Positions 28,983 through 39,267 of a stretch of 64,000 nt of DNA are shown here, piece by piece. The stretch spans positions 96,001-160,000 of the forward strand of contig OY761556.1 of assembly GCA_963664705.1 (NCBI GenBank). The letters run 5' to 3'. Position numbers and translations under genes: made by a program. Numbering within the stretch: position 1 is the stretch's first letter; the number at the start of each line of letters is the position of its first letter. Source of the stretch: Acidobacteriota bacterium (GTDB lineage Bacteria > Acidobacteriota > UBA6911). The notes beneath the pieces were generated by a model. It had not been told where the DNA came from and searched no databases. It saw only the letters and a program-made list of their open reading frames with translations.

Positions 28983-29071
28983 GCTCTTGGCACGGCGGTA
29001 TGAAATACGCGAATTGCGGCAAAGGCAAGCGAGCGGAAGCGAATTCCGCGCATTCAAAAAAGAGAGCGTAA

Positions 29072-32000
29072 ATGGGAATTACTCGGAGTACCGCGGCGAC
29101 TCGCACGAATTCGAATCAAAGATCCGGGCGCGCGACGGAATTCTGGCTGCTATGCGCCGTTTCCGCCGTCATCCTTGTTGGACTGTACCTGGTATACAGC
29201 GTTCAATCCCGACAGATGGAGGAGGCTGTTTCCGTTGTCCATGGAGGCTCGCTTGTCAATCTGAACGAGATGGATTCATCCTCCCGGTTTCAGACCCTGA
29301 TTGATTTTTACGATACGCCGAAAGATCAGAGCTTTGCGATGCTGCGGGCGATGTCTTTTCTGCAGGATCGCGGCCGGATTGAGGGCATCGGGGAATTGCG
29401 GGAGATCCGCGTCTCCGCCAGCGATATTCAACGGACCCGCGGCCTTGTAAGTTTTCCCGAACGCCTGAAAAAAATCAGGGAAAACGGTCAGACCGAAGTG
29501 GACTCGATCCCCCTATTTACCTCTGCACAAATCAAGCAAATACGCGCGCAGGCCAGTGTCCGCACCAAAGAGGAGTACCATCGGCTGCTGTTTGTATATG
29601 CCGCGGTTTTTTTCCTCGGGTTTTATGCCCTTCATTTGGCCTGGCGGATTCGCGGCATTGGCGGCGATCAGCTGCTGCTGCCGGTTATTCACTTTTTATG
29701 CGGTACGGGCTTTCTGATGATGGTGAGGCTCCGGGACCCTTTGCGGGATGCCTTGCTTCTGCGCGATTTTGCCATAGGCGTGGGCTTTGGCTGCGTTCTT
29801 GCGTTCCTGGCAAGCCGTCCCGACTATGAGCGTTCCCCGCTGAAGCGGCTGGCATACGTACCGCTGCTGATCAGCTTCGGCCTTTCCGTCGTGCTCATTC
29901 TCTTTGGGTCGGGTCCTGGTTTGAGCGATGCCAAGGTCAATCTGCACCTGGGGCCGTTTGTATTGCAGCCGGTAGAGGCAATCAAGCTGTTGCTCATATT
30001 TTTTCTTGCAGGCTTTTTTGCCGATCGGTGGGAGTTCCTGCGCCAGCTCAGGCAATCGCCGGCATCCCTTCCGAGCGTTCTGCGCTGGCTGAAGATTCCC
30101 ATGTTGCGCTATTCCATGCCCATGATCATTGCGGTCTGCTTTGCCATTGTGTTCTTTTTCCTCGAAAAAGATCTGGGGCCGGCTCTGGTCATGGCAATTC
30201 TGTTCATCATACTGTACGCAACGGCTCGATCGCGGCTTGTCGGTGCTATTGCCGCATCTGCCACAATGATTGCCGCAGTTGCCATCGGATATGCCTATAA
30301 CGTGCCGCGAACGGTTTCTGCGCGACTTTCCATGTGGCTGACTCCCTGGGATAACTTTGTTCGACCTGGCGGCGATCATCTCGCCCAGTCGCTGTGGAGT
30401 TTCTCCACCGGGGGGCTTTTGGGAACAGGGCTCGGGCTTGGCGACCCGGGCGTGGTTCCGGCCGCGCACACCGATCTGATCCTGGCTGCGGTGGCGGAGG
30501 AGCTTGGATTTGTCGGGTTTCTTTGTGTCGTTATTGCCTATGCCATTCTCGTTTATCGCGCCCTTCGTATTTCGCTGACAGGCAGCGGGACGTACTCCCT
30601 GTTCCTTGGTCTTGCCGCCGCCCTGTTGCTTGGATTGCAGACCGCATTCATCGCCGCCGGGATTCTGGGGCTTGTGCCCCTCTCAGGTGTCGTGACGCCA
30701 TTCTTGAATTACGGTAAATCCTCCATGCTTGCGAATTTCGTCCTGCTGGGGATACTCATCTCAATTTCCAGGAGCGGTGGACAACAGCCGAATGAGGCTT
30801 TTCGCCGACAGTTTCGCTGGGCCACCGGATTCCTGGGGACTGTGGGCGTGTTGATACTGTTGCAGGCAGCGCGCGCCCAGATTGTGGATGCAGACCGATT
30901 GCTTGGTCGTGGAGCTCTGATACCGCAAGCCGACGGACATCGACGGTTTACCTATAACCCCCGCATCATGAATGCAGCTCGCAGCATTCCTCGCGGCACG
31001 ATCTATGATCGGAACGGTATCCCCCTTGCGACCGATTCCCCGGAATTGTTGAACTCTTTCAGTGCTCAGTATTCGCCGCTTCATATCGATGTAAAAGAAG
31101 TCCTGAAGCAGGGCCCCGGACGGCTGTACCCATTCGAGGCCGCTACCTTTCACCTGCTCGGGGATCTGCGGAGCCGGCTCAACTGGGGCGCGCAGAACTG
31201 TTCCTATATTGAGAGGGATTGGAATACGGTGCTCCAGGGATACGATGACCGGGCAACCGTGCTATATGTTTCGGATCGCCTTGGCGGACCGGTCCATGCG
31301 ACGATCCGGCGCGATTTCCGCGAACTCATACCGCTTGTCAGGTATCGATACCGGCCTGATAAGAAGGAAGTGAAAGAGATTCTGAACCGGGACCGGGATC
31401 TCCATCTTTCCATCGATGTCCGGATGCAGGTCCGACTTGCGTCGATCCTGGATAAGTATGTGCAGGCGGCAAAATCAGATAGTGGCGCTGCAGCCATCAT
31501 TGACCCTGCAACGGGAGACTTGCTGTCTTCCATTACCTATCCAAGGGAGGACGTGTGGAAAGCGCGACAGCCGGATATTGCGCCTGACGACATTCCGGAT
31601 GCGTCCACCCTGAAGGATAATCTGCTGGACCGCGTACGGTACGGGCTGTACCCGCCCGGGTCATCCTTCAAACTTGTTACTTCCATTGCGGCGCTGCAGA
31701 CACGACCCGATGCGGAAAGCGCTCGCTTTGAGTGCAGGCGTCTTCCGGATGGCCGTGTCGGGAATTACGTCCGAGGCTGGGGAAAGCCGATTCGCGATGA
31801 TGTGATGGATAAGGAACCGCATGGCAATGTGGATATGGCCAAGGGTCTGATCGCATCCTGTAATGCCTATTTCGCCCAGCTTGGGACTTATCTGGTCGGA
31901 GCGGAACCGCTTTTACGTACCGCGGACCTGTTTGGCATCCACGTTGCCGCTCCCAATACCGTGGCACAGCTCAAGGATGCATTGCCACAAGCGGCCTACG

Positions 32001-32428
32001 GACAGGGACAAGTTGTGGCGTCCCCGCTGCAGATGGCTCGCGTTGCCGGCACAATTGGAAACAGAGGGAACCTACTGCCGGTCCGGATTGTCCTGGGCGA
32101 TGCGGATGCGAAAGCAAAATCATGTCTTACGGAGGACCAGGCAAGCCGTCTTTCCGGATACATGCGGCGAGTTGTCACCGAGGGAACCGGAAGAGAGGCA
32201 GGCAAGTCCAGTATTCCTGTTGCCGGCAAGACCGGGACCGCAGAACTGAATAATCAACCCGCGCATGCCTGGTTTGTGGGGTTTGCGCCTTACGGATCGG
32301 CTGCACGAAAGAAGATTGCATTTTCGATCCTGATCGAAAATGGTCGCTATGGCGGACGTGCGGCAGCCCCGGCAGCGGCCGAAATTGCCAATGGCGCGGC
32401 AGAAATCGGGCTAATCGGGCGGGAGTGA
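29072..32428 (+). CDS. Fused SEDS glycosyltransferase (FtsW/RodA) + class B penicillin-binding transpeptidase
   Basis: QPVEAIK, KDLG, AHTDLI, EELG, PFLNYG; then RGTIYDRNG, YPPGSSFK (SxxK), SCN (SxN), KTGT. Confidence 0.93.
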   Translation: MGITRSTAATRTNSNQRSGRATEFWLLCAVSAVILVGLYLVYSVQSRQMEEAVSVVHGGSLVNLNEMDSSSRFQTLIDFYDTPKDQSFAMLRAMSFLQDRGRIEGIGELREIRVSASDIQRTRGLVSFPERLKKIRENGQTEVDSIPLFTSAQIKQIRAQASVRTKEEYHRLLFVYAAVFFLGFYALHLAWRIRGIGGDQLLLPVIHFLCGTGFLMMVRLRDPLRDALLLRDFAIGVGFGCVLAFLASRPDYERSPLKRLAYVPLLISFGLSVVLILFGSGPGLSDAKVNLHLGPFVLQPVEAIKLLLIFFLAGFFADRWEFLRQLRQSPASLPSVLRWLKIPMLRYSMPMIIAVCFAIVFFFLEKDLGPALVMAILFIILYATARSRLVGAIAASATMIAAVAIGYAYNVPRTVSARLSMWLTPWDNFVRPGGDHLAQSLWSFSTGGLLGTGLGLGDPGVVPAAHTDLILAAVAEELGFVGFLCVVIAYAILVYRALRISLTGSGTYSLFLGLAAALLLGLQTAFIAAGILGLVPLSGVVTPFLNYGKSSMLANFVLLGILISISRSGGQQPNEAFRRQFRWATGFLGTVGVLILLQAARAQIVDADRLLGRGALIPQADGHRRFTYNPRIMNAARSIPRGTIYDRNGIPLATDSPELLNSFSAQYSPLHIDVKEVLKQGPGRLYPFEAATFHLLGDLRSRLNWGAQNCSYIERDWNTVLQGYDDRATVLYVSDRLGGPVHATIRRDFRELIPLVRYRYRPDKKEVKEILNRDRDLHLSIDVRMQVRLASILDKYVQAAKSDSGAAAIIDPATGDLLSSITYPREDVWKARQPDIAPDDIPDASTLKDNLLDRVRYGLYPPGSSFKLVTSIAALQTRPDAESARFECRRLPDGRVGNYVRGWGKPIRDDVMDKEPHGNVDMAKGLIASCNAYFAQLGTYLVGAEPLLRTADLFGIHVAAPNTVAQLKDALPQAAYGQGQVVASPLQMARVAGTIGNRGNLLPVRIVLGDADAKAKSCLTEDQASRLSGYMRRVVTEGTGREAGKSSIPVAGKTGTAELNNQPAHAWFVGFAPYGSAARKKIAFSILIENGRYGGRAAAPAAAEIANGAAEIGLIGRE

Positions 32429-32432
32429 CAAA

Positions 32433-33227
32433 ATGGAATTTTGGGACAAACTTGTAAAGGCTGAACAAAATATCCGCAAGCAGGTGGAGAGCGTCTTTGG
32501 ACGCGGATCGGCGCAGACGCCTCTGGAAATGCGACGGGAAATCATCGAACAGGTGGAGTCCCGTATTGTTATCGATGCCAGCGGCAATCACTTTCCCTAT
32601 TCAAAAGTGATTGTGCAGCTTCAGCCGCCTACATCCGCCCTGCGGGATGTTTTTGCCTCCGCTTTCCTGCAGGATCAGTCGCTCAAATCGGATGTTTTGT
32701 CCAAGCTGAAGGATACTCAGGCCAAGTACCCGTCGGAACTCGATGTCGTTATTGAGCTCCTTGAGCCGTCCGGTACCGCGACAGAATCCGCCCCGCTGTT
32801 CCAACTCGATTTCGAAAAGCCCGATCCGCTTCGCAAGACGGAGATCCCTTCGACCCGATATCTCGTCTTGAAAGGAGCGGCGGAGCAATCAGAGTACGCC
32901 ATGAAAAAGGAGCGTGTTCTGATCGGACGCCTCGCGGAAGTGCTGGATCGCGAAGGACGCCTGGTTCGAAAGAACGATGTTGTTTTCCTGGACAATGGCG
33001 AAGATATCAACTCAACGGTTGGACGCATTCATGCCAGGATCTGGTTTGACGCTGAGAAAAACGAATTCTGCCTCATTGACGAGGCCAGTCGGTACGGGAC
33101 TCGCATCATCCGCGAAGGTCGGTCCATAGAAATACCTGGAGGCAACTCCCGCGGCGTTCTACTGCGCTCTGGCGATGAGATTTATTTGGGGCAGGCCTGC
33201 GTTCGGTTTGAAATGGTAAGACCCTGA
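32433..33227 (+). CDS. FHA domain protein with FhaA-like N-terminus
   Basis: LIGR...STVGRIHARI...LIDEASRYGT...LRSGDEIYLG. Confidence 0.88.
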   Translation: MEFWDKLVKAEQNIRKQVESVFGRGSAQTPLEMRREIIEQVESRIVIDASGNHFPYSKVIVQLQPPTSALRDVFASAFLQDQSLKSDVLSKLKDTQAKYPSELDVVIELLEPSGTATESAPLFQLDFEKPDPLRKTEIPSTRYLVLKGAAEQSEYAMKKERVLIGRLAEVLDREGRLVRKNDVVFLDNGEDINSTVGRIHARIWFDAEKNEFCLIDEASRYGTRIIREGRSIEIPGGNSRGVLLRSGDEIYLGQACVRFEMVRP

Positions 33228-33314
33228 GTTTGAGGCAATCAGGCTCTCTCCCGCGGGGTTTCACTGCAACACGACAATGCTATTAACGCGATCCGCCAAG
33301 AAGTTTTTAATTTG

Positions 33315-33580
33315 AACCGCGAAGACCTCGAAGACCGCAAAGATTATTAGGCTTGCTGCTGGGCAATGAGATAGTGTGATGGATAGGAAAGAAGTTGCGC
33401 ATCATATTGTCGATTCAGCGATGGCAATCCATACAGCGCCAGGATTGCTGGAGTCCGTTTATCAGCGGTGCCTAATGTATGAGGCATCAAGGATGGAATC
33501 CAGCGCATGATCTGGCGAGAGCGATAACCGCAAAACCTGCAAAAATATTTTCCTTCGCGGTCTTTGAGGTCTTCGCGGTT
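33315..33580. repeat. About 28-bp inverted repeats of 9-mer units flanking a GxxExxY remnant
   Basis: AACCGCGAAGACCTCGAAGACCGCAAAG (33315-33342) versus CTTCGCGGTCTTTGAGGTCTTCGCGGTT (33553-33580); degenerate third copy near 33525. Confidence 0.85.
33379..33510 (+). pseudogene. Truncated GxxExxY-family (PD-(D/E)XK-like) protein
   Basis: Manual translation: MDRKEVAHHIVDSAMAIHTAPGLLESVYQRCLMYEASRMESSA*; contains GLLESVY; only 43 aa. Confidence 0.8.
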
Positions 33581-33693
33581 AATGGGGTTACTATTTCGGT
33601 CAAGTCCTGTTCCAAGCTGAAATTTCGCGATGTTTTTCTGAACACTACGCTCGACCTGTAAATCTTATATTCTGGAGATTTAGAAGGTGAGCT

Positions 33694-34605
33694 ATGAAAC
33701 TGAATCATGTTGCAGCCACTGTTTTCGCTGCAGGGATACTTGCAGCATCAATAAGCGTTGCGCAAACCCGACAGGATCTTCCCGCTGATGCCGGCTATCC
33801 GGATCAGACCGCGGCCGGAGATCAAATCGTCCCTCCGCAGTTGAACCTGCCGGCCGGAACGCTGATTACCGTCAGAACCACGCAGCCTTTGTCCAGCGAC
33901 CATAACCAGGTTGGGGACAGTTTTACATGTATTTTGGATCAAGCCATTATCGCCCAGGGATGGGTTGTTGCCCGCCGAGGGCAGGTGGTGATGGGTAAAG
34001 TGGTTACCGCTCAAAAGGCTGGACGCGGACATGCTGCATCCCAACTTGCCGTGGAATTGACCGACCTGAACCTCGTGGATGGACAGCCCGCGCCAATTCG
34101 AACGGAACTGGCGGCGATTTCGGGCGGGAATGCGCCGCGTTCACGCAATGAAGGAGCTGTGGTTGGTGCCACGACAGGGACCGGTGCGGTCATAGGGGCC
34201 ATTGCGGGTGGAGGTCCGGGTGCCGCTATAGGAGCAGCGGTAGGCGCGGCCGCCGGTGTCGCGGGAGTTTTAAGTACAAGAGACAAGGCAACAGAAATAG
34301 TCCCGGAAACGCTGCTAACATTCCGCCTTGGAAACTCTTTAACCATTTCAACTGAACAAAGCCGCCAGGCATTTCTGCCAGTCGGGCCGAGCGATTATAA
34401 TCGCGGGCCTGCCCGCAATCCGGATCGTTATCCGGCTGTGGGTAATACCGGGCCAGAACCGCGCCGAAACTTTGCTCTCTATGACTATGGGTGGTATATG
34501 CCTCCCTATAATTACTTCAGTTTCTATGGATCCTGGGGGCCGCGGTATTACTTTGGCGCTCCGCGTGTCTATGCCGGGCCGATCTATCGAAGGCGTCATC
34601 GCTGA
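33694..34605 (+). CDS. Secreted protein, TrbI/VirB10-like beta region + glycine zipper
   Basis: Signal peptide; LPAGTLITVR...LSSDHNQVGDSF; GAVIGAIAGGGPGAAIGAAVGAAAG. Confidence 0.8.
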   Translation: MKLNHVAATVFAAGILAASISVAQTRQDLPADAGYPDQTAAGDQIVPPQLNLPAGTLITVRTTQPLSSDHNQVGDSFTCILDQAIIAQGWVVARRGQVVMGKVVTAQKAGRGHAASQLAVELTDLNLVDGQPAPIRTELAAISGGNAPRSRNEGAVVGATTGTGAVIGAIAGGGPGAAIGAAVGAAAGVAGVLSTRDKATEIVPETLLTFRLGNSLTISTEQSRQAFLPVGPSDYNRGPARNPDRYPAVGNTGPEPRRNFALYDYGWYMPPYNYFSFYGSWGPRYYFGAPRVYAGPIYRRRHR

Positions 34606-34754
34606 TCCTGATTTCGATTTGCATCGCCGGGGCGACCATCACCGTCGTCGCCCCCTTCCTCCCTCCCCAATCCCTTCTGCCGGTTCCCAAAATGCAAAAA
34701 CAGGCCATCCCCGTGTATTATGAAGCGGCATAATGCTCTTCAGGAGGATTCGAT

Positions 34755-35324
34755 ATGTGGCATGACATGTTCATTACCAGCATCCCGATTCTGGAAAAAA
34801 TCATCCGGCCCATTCTGGTCTATGCGTTCCTTATCATTGCGCTGCGATTGGCAGGGAAACGAGAATTGGCGCAGCTGAATCCCTTTGATCTGGTGGTTCT
34901 TTTGACACTGTCCAATACAGTGCAAAATGCCATTATTGGGAACGATAACTCTCTTTCCGGCGGACTGATTGGTGCTGCCACACTTCTTCTGGTCAATTAC
35001 CTGGTTGTACGATTCCTCTTCAATCATGAAAAAATGGACCGGTTGATTGAGGGACAGCCGGATGTTTTGATCGACAGAGGGCATTTGCGGGAAGACCATC
35101 TGAAGAGAGAGCTGTTGACCAAGATTGAGCTGGAAACGGCCGCGCACCGACAGGGATTCAACGACCTGCATGAGGTGGAGCAGGCGGTCATCGAGCCGGG
35201 TGGAGGTATATTTTTTACGAGGAAACAGCCCTCCACCGATGAGATCCAGCAATCCGAGCTGATTCAAAGACTGGATGCTATTACCGCGCAACTGAAAGAA
35301 CTGCGCGAAAAGATGGGCGCGTAA
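34755..35324 (+). CDS. DUF421 / YetF family membrane protein
   Basis: LRLAGKRELAQLNPFDLVVLL, IEGQP, IEPGG; AGGAGG RBS. Confidence 0.9.
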   Translation: MWHDMFITSIPILEKIIRPILVYAFLIIALRLAGKRELAQLNPFDLVVLLTLSNTVQNAIIGNDNSLSGGLIGAATLLLVNYLVVRFLFNHEKMDRLIEGQPDVLIDRGHLREDHLKRELLTKIELETAAHRQGFNDLHEVEQAVIEPGGGIFFTRKQPSTDEIQQSELIQRLDAITAQLKELREKMGA

Positions 35325-35347
35325 TCCTTGCGATTGCGCGACCTGGA

Positions 35348-36331
35348 TCAGTTTCCGGGATCCAGATTCAGGTATCCCGGCAAAGAGGTTGAAACAGGCG
35401 GGGAGATCTTCCAGAACGGCACGATATTCAGGGCGCGATAGGTTCTCTCCACGGATTCGCGCGTGCCCCAATCGCTCCATTTGACATCGGAAACTTCCAT
35501 CATGATCAGATGTTGAGGGATATGGGCAAGAACCTGCGTTGACAGATTCCATGAATCGAGATTCCGGTAAACCTCGGCCGCACGCTCGGGTGTCCGACCC
35601 AATCCTTCAAGTTCTTCAAGTTTTTCCGGGACGAGTTCCTGCAACAGCTCCATCATGCGCGACAGTTTGAAAACCATTACAAATGTGTTCCACAATCCGC
35701 CGCGGGAAATAATATCTTTTGCACAAATCAGATCCGGTTTCTCCGTGAAGGACTCCACATAAAAGGCTTGATCGGTTTGTTCCAGCCGCTCGGCGGGCAG
35801 TATGTAGCCGTATCCGGTTTCAGGGCGATCCGGTGCTATACCCAGGATGGCAACCTTGTCCGGCATTGCTGTTACGGTGTGGACGGCCCGCTGCACATGC
35901 CGGATGAAGGCCCGGTCATTGTCGATGTAGTGATCCGTCGGAAATACTGCAATTATTGGATCATTATGTATTTGCTGGAGATGCATAAGGGCAAAGATCA
36001 TTCCCGGGCCGGTGTCCCGGTTCAACGGCTGGACAAATATGTTGGCTTTTGGAACGGTCTTCAGTTGTTCTGTTGCCAGCGGAAGGTGATCCTTGTTGAT
36101 TACAGCGCTTATCCGGTCTCGGGTGGTAAACAGTTCTGCCCGTAAGAGCGTGGCTTCCAATAACGAAGCTCCGCGCAGCAGACGGCAATATTGTTTTGGA
36201 ATTGGTCTGCCTGCGATTTGCTGCGTAAGCTCTCGCAAGCGCATGCCATCGCCCCCGGCCAGCAGCAAAGCGACATGGTTGGACGGTGGACTGGCTTTAA
36301 GGACGGAAACAGCCTCATTTCGCCGAGCCAT
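35348..36331 (-). CDS. Sugar-phosphate nucleotidyltransferase (mannose-1-phosphate guanylyltransferase-like); start uncertain
   Basis: LAGGDGMRL, PKQY, QPLNRDTG, FPTDH, GYGYI, FTEKP, WSDWG. Confidence 0.88.
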   Translation of the reverse strand: MARRNEAVSVLKASPPSNHVALLLAGGDGMRLRELTQQIAGRPIPKQYCRLLRGASLLEATLLRAELFTTRDRISAVINKDHLPLATEQLKTVPKANIFVQPLNRDTGPGMIFALMHLQQIHNDPIIAVFPTDHYIDNDRAFIRHVQRAVHTVTAMPDKVAILGIAPDRPETGYGYILPAERLEQTDQAFYVESFTEKPDLICAKDIISRGGLWNTFVMVFKLSRMMELLQELVPEKLEELEGLGRTPERAAEVYRNLDSWNLSTQVLAHIPQHLIMMEVSDVKWSDWGTRESVERTYRALNIVPFWKISPPVSTSLPGYLNLDPGN

Positions 36332-36671
36332 TGGCAGTATCACTCCAAAATCCTCTTCAATTGAGTGTTGGTAGTCGTAATTCATATATGACCATCCCGG
36401 ATGCCGAAGGGCAATGCGTGGTAGTACGCATTTCAGCGTCGGTGTTAATGCGCATCGCGCGCAGTGCCCCGTCAGGATCATTTCGGCGGCGAAATTTTAA
36501 GTGTTTGATTTGATGAATATTGCTGACAAAGAGCCGTCGTTTTACTTGCCGGCACGGGCGAGTCCGGACTCGATATTCCGTTGGACTTTTTTTGACAATA
36601 TTTCCCTTCCGGAAGTTGATACACTAATCCGGTTTGACATTTCGATAATGATTTCAGGATGGACGCTAACG

Positions 36672-39218
36672 ATGGAACAGGAAATAGAGTTGCTTCGGCG
36701 CAGGTTTCGCGAAGGGCGGGCAGAGCTGTTTCAGAATATACAGTGGGCAGCTGCGAGTCGGGATCTTCTGGAGGCGCATGCAGGACTTGTCGATAGGATT
36801 CTGACCGAGATTTATGCGTATTCCTGCCAGGTCGCGGATAGGGAAGCTTCTCGATCCCGGCACTCGGGGCTTGCGATTGTAGCGACCGGCGGATATGGCA
36901 GAAAAGAGTTGAATCCCTTTTCTGACATCGACATAGCCTTTATTCCATCCGAGGAAGAGGACCCGTGGGTGGAAGCTCTGGTTCATACCGCCTTCAAACT
37001 GGTAATGGACTCCTTTCTGTCCCTCCGAGATGTGCATGTGGGCTATGCATTTCGTCCCATTGCGGAAGCAAGTGCCTGGGATGTTCAGACCAAAACAGCG
37101 CTTCTCGACCTTCGCTATATCTGTGGGGATCCAAAGCTTGCAATTGCACTTCAGACCAGAATCCGGGAAGTCCTGTCCCCATTGGATTTGATGCTGGAGG
37201 CGGCATCCCCGGAGGGGGGGCGGCCCAAGCGGATTCGCTCGCTGTATTCCGTAGAACCGTCTATCAAGGAGGGACCAGGTTCCCTGCGAGATCTGCATCG
37301 CGCCCGATGGATCTTTAAGTTGCTTTTGAATGTGGACGATGCCGGCCTCGAGTCTGCCTTACGGGATCGCGCTGGAATATCCGACCGGCAAATTTCAGAG
37401 GTCAGGCGGGCAGCGGATTGGTTTTGGCGTGTCCGCACATGGATGCATTTAACGGCTGGCAAACTTTCTGACGTCCTGATCAGCAATTATCAGGACCGGG
37501 TTGCACGCGACCTGGGAGGGATTTCAGCGCAGGAATGGCTTTCCCAACACATAGCGCACTCGGAAACCCTGGCACGGTTCAAGGAATCGGCGATGCATGC
37601 GCTTTTGCAGGGCCCTCTTCCGGTGGATGGGGGATGCCTGGAACGCGGTGCATTGCGTTTGCAGAATCAGTCCTCGGTTGTGAAGCTGCTCCATTTGTCG
37701 CAGATGTATGGCTTGCCGGTCAGCTTCGAGGATCGGAAACAGCTTGGGGAGTCGCGAGATAGCGCTTTGGAGGTCTCAGAACCGACCGCAGATGAGGTTT
37801 GGGCTCTGAACCGGATACTGAACGAGAATCGTGGAGCGGCAGCTACGCTGCGGGCTCTCTCGGAATTCGGCGTCCTGGATCGATTTATACCGGGCTTTTC
37901 CAATCTCATGCGTTTTGTCCCCCCCGATCCCGCACATAGTTTTACCGTGGGTGAGCATTCAATCCACATGGTCGAGCACCTGGAAAGACTTGTTGCGGGG
38001 GGGAATCCCGATGAGCAGCGATTCTCCGACCTGCTGCAGCAATGCCCGCATTTCGACATGCTGGTGCTGGCGTCCTTGCTTCATGATGCCGGGAAATTAA
38101 GCCCGGGCAGCGATCACTCGGAAAGCAGTGCCGAGCTGGCAAAGTCCGTAGCCTCCAGGCTTAATCTTGCCCCGGAGAAGAGAGAGATTCTGGATGTCAT
38201 CATACGGCAGCATCTCCTCCTGGTAAGGACTGCGAGGCTACACGACCTAAAATCCCCAAATGTTATCCGCAAAGTGGCCGAGCGTGTTCCGGGCATTGAG
38301 GCGCTGCAGCACCTGTATGTCTTTACCTATATCGACACCTTCGCTGTTGCCGAAAAAAACTGGACATCCATGGATTCCAGAGATCTGGAAGATCTCTACG
38401 AAAAAATGCAGGATTTCTTTGCGGCGGAAGCGGAAGTCGGAAATGCGGGAGCGGAAGAGAAGAGCGTTCTGGTCCGGCAAAAGCTGGTTGCCCTGAAAAC
38501 ATCAAAGAATGAAGCCGCTGTTCTAAAGCATTGCGATGCGATGCCGGCCGGATATGTTCTCAATACCCCTCTCGAGGAGATTTCCTTTCATCTCCAGCTC
38601 CTCGAAAGACTGGAAGCGGAACCGGTAGTTCTCGACGTGTACAATCGACCCGGTGATGACTACACGGAAATGACTCTTTGCACATACGATGATCCCGCCC
38701 CCGGCATGTTGTCGAAAATTGCCAGCGTTCTCTATGGATGCAACATTGACATTCATAAGGCCCAGGCCTTTACCATTCGGAAAGAGCGCCCGGTGGTTTT
38801 GGATACCCTGTGGATTCGTTCCAACGGCATGCAGATTGCGGAAAACCGTGCCAGACGGATTCAATTGGCTTTGAAGGATATTCTTGCCGGTACCAATTCC
38901 ATTGAGCAATATCTGAAGAAGGCCGGCAAAACTCCTCCGAGCGGGATCGTGTTGGATAGTATCGATCTCCGGAATGATTTATCGGAAGAGCATACGGTTG
39001 TGCATATAGTGGCCGGGGATTTGCAGGGCCTGCTTTACCTTATGACGCGGGCTCTCTCCCGCTGTGGCCTCCACATTCACTCCGCCAAAATCGCCACATG
39101 GAATGCCCGGGCGGAAAACAACTTCTACGTTACCACCACCAGCGGGGGACAATTGCCTGACTCGGAGCTATCGGCCTGGAAGGATCGCCTGACGCGTGCT
39201 TTGAAAGGCGTGGAATAG
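36672..39218 (+). CDS. glnD: [Protein-PII] uridylyltransferase / uridylyl-removing enzyme
   Basis: GGYGRKEL.PFSDIDI NTase, KEGPGSLRD, H.FTVGEH...LLHDAGK HD domain, two C-terminal ACT domains. Confidence 0.88.
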   Translation: MEQEIELLRRRFREGRAELFQNIQWAAASRDLLEAHAGLVDRILTEIYAYSCQVADREASRSRHSGLAIVATGGYGRKELNPFSDIDIAFIPSEEEDPWVEALVHTAFKLVMDSFLSLRDVHVGYAFRPIAEASAWDVQTKTALLDLRYICGDPKLAIALQTRIREVLSPLDLMLEAASPEGGRPKRIRSLYSVEPSIKEGPGSLRDLHRARWIFKLLLNVDDAGLESALRDRAGISDRQISEVRRAADWFWRVRTWMHLTAGKLSDVLISNYQDRVARDLGGISAQEWLSQHIAHSETLARFKESAMHALLQGPLPVDGGCLERGALRLQNQSSVVKLLHLSQMYGLPVSFEDRKQLGESRDSALEVSEPTADEVWALNRILNENRGAAATLRALSEFGVLDRFIPGFSNLMRFVPPDPAHSFTVGEHSIHMVEHLERLVAGGNPDEQRFSDLLQQCPHFDMLVLASLLHDAGKLSPGSDHSESSAELAKSVASRLNLAPEKREILDVIIRQHLLLVRTARLHDLKSPNVIRKVAERVPGIEALQHLYVFTYIDTFAVAEKNWTSMDSRDLEDLYEKMQDFFAAEAEVGNAGAEEKSVLVRQKLVALKTSKNEAAVLKHCDAMPAGYVLNTPLEEISFHLQLLERLEAEPVVLDVYNRPGDDYTEMTLCTYDDPAPGMLSKIASVLYGCNIDIHKAQAFTIRKERPVVLDTLWIRSNGMQIAENRARRIQLALKDILAGTNSIEQYLKKAGKTPPSGIVLDSIDLRNDLSEEHTVVHIVAGDLQGLLYLMTRALSRCGLHIHSAKIATWNARAENNFYVTTTSGGQLPDSELSAWKDRLTRALKGVE

Positions 39219-39267
39219 GCCGGGCGGGCCGGGCCAGCATCACCGGCATTTCACTGGTTCCAGGCCG

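Noticed and set aside
33479-33708. Short ORFs 33479..33661 and 33487..33708
   Set aside because: They run through the 9-mer repeat arm (TAKTSKTAK-type translation) and show no coding evidence.
33694-34605. Type IV secretion / conjugation system
   Set aside because: Only a VirB10-like resemblance; no other T4SS genes are present.
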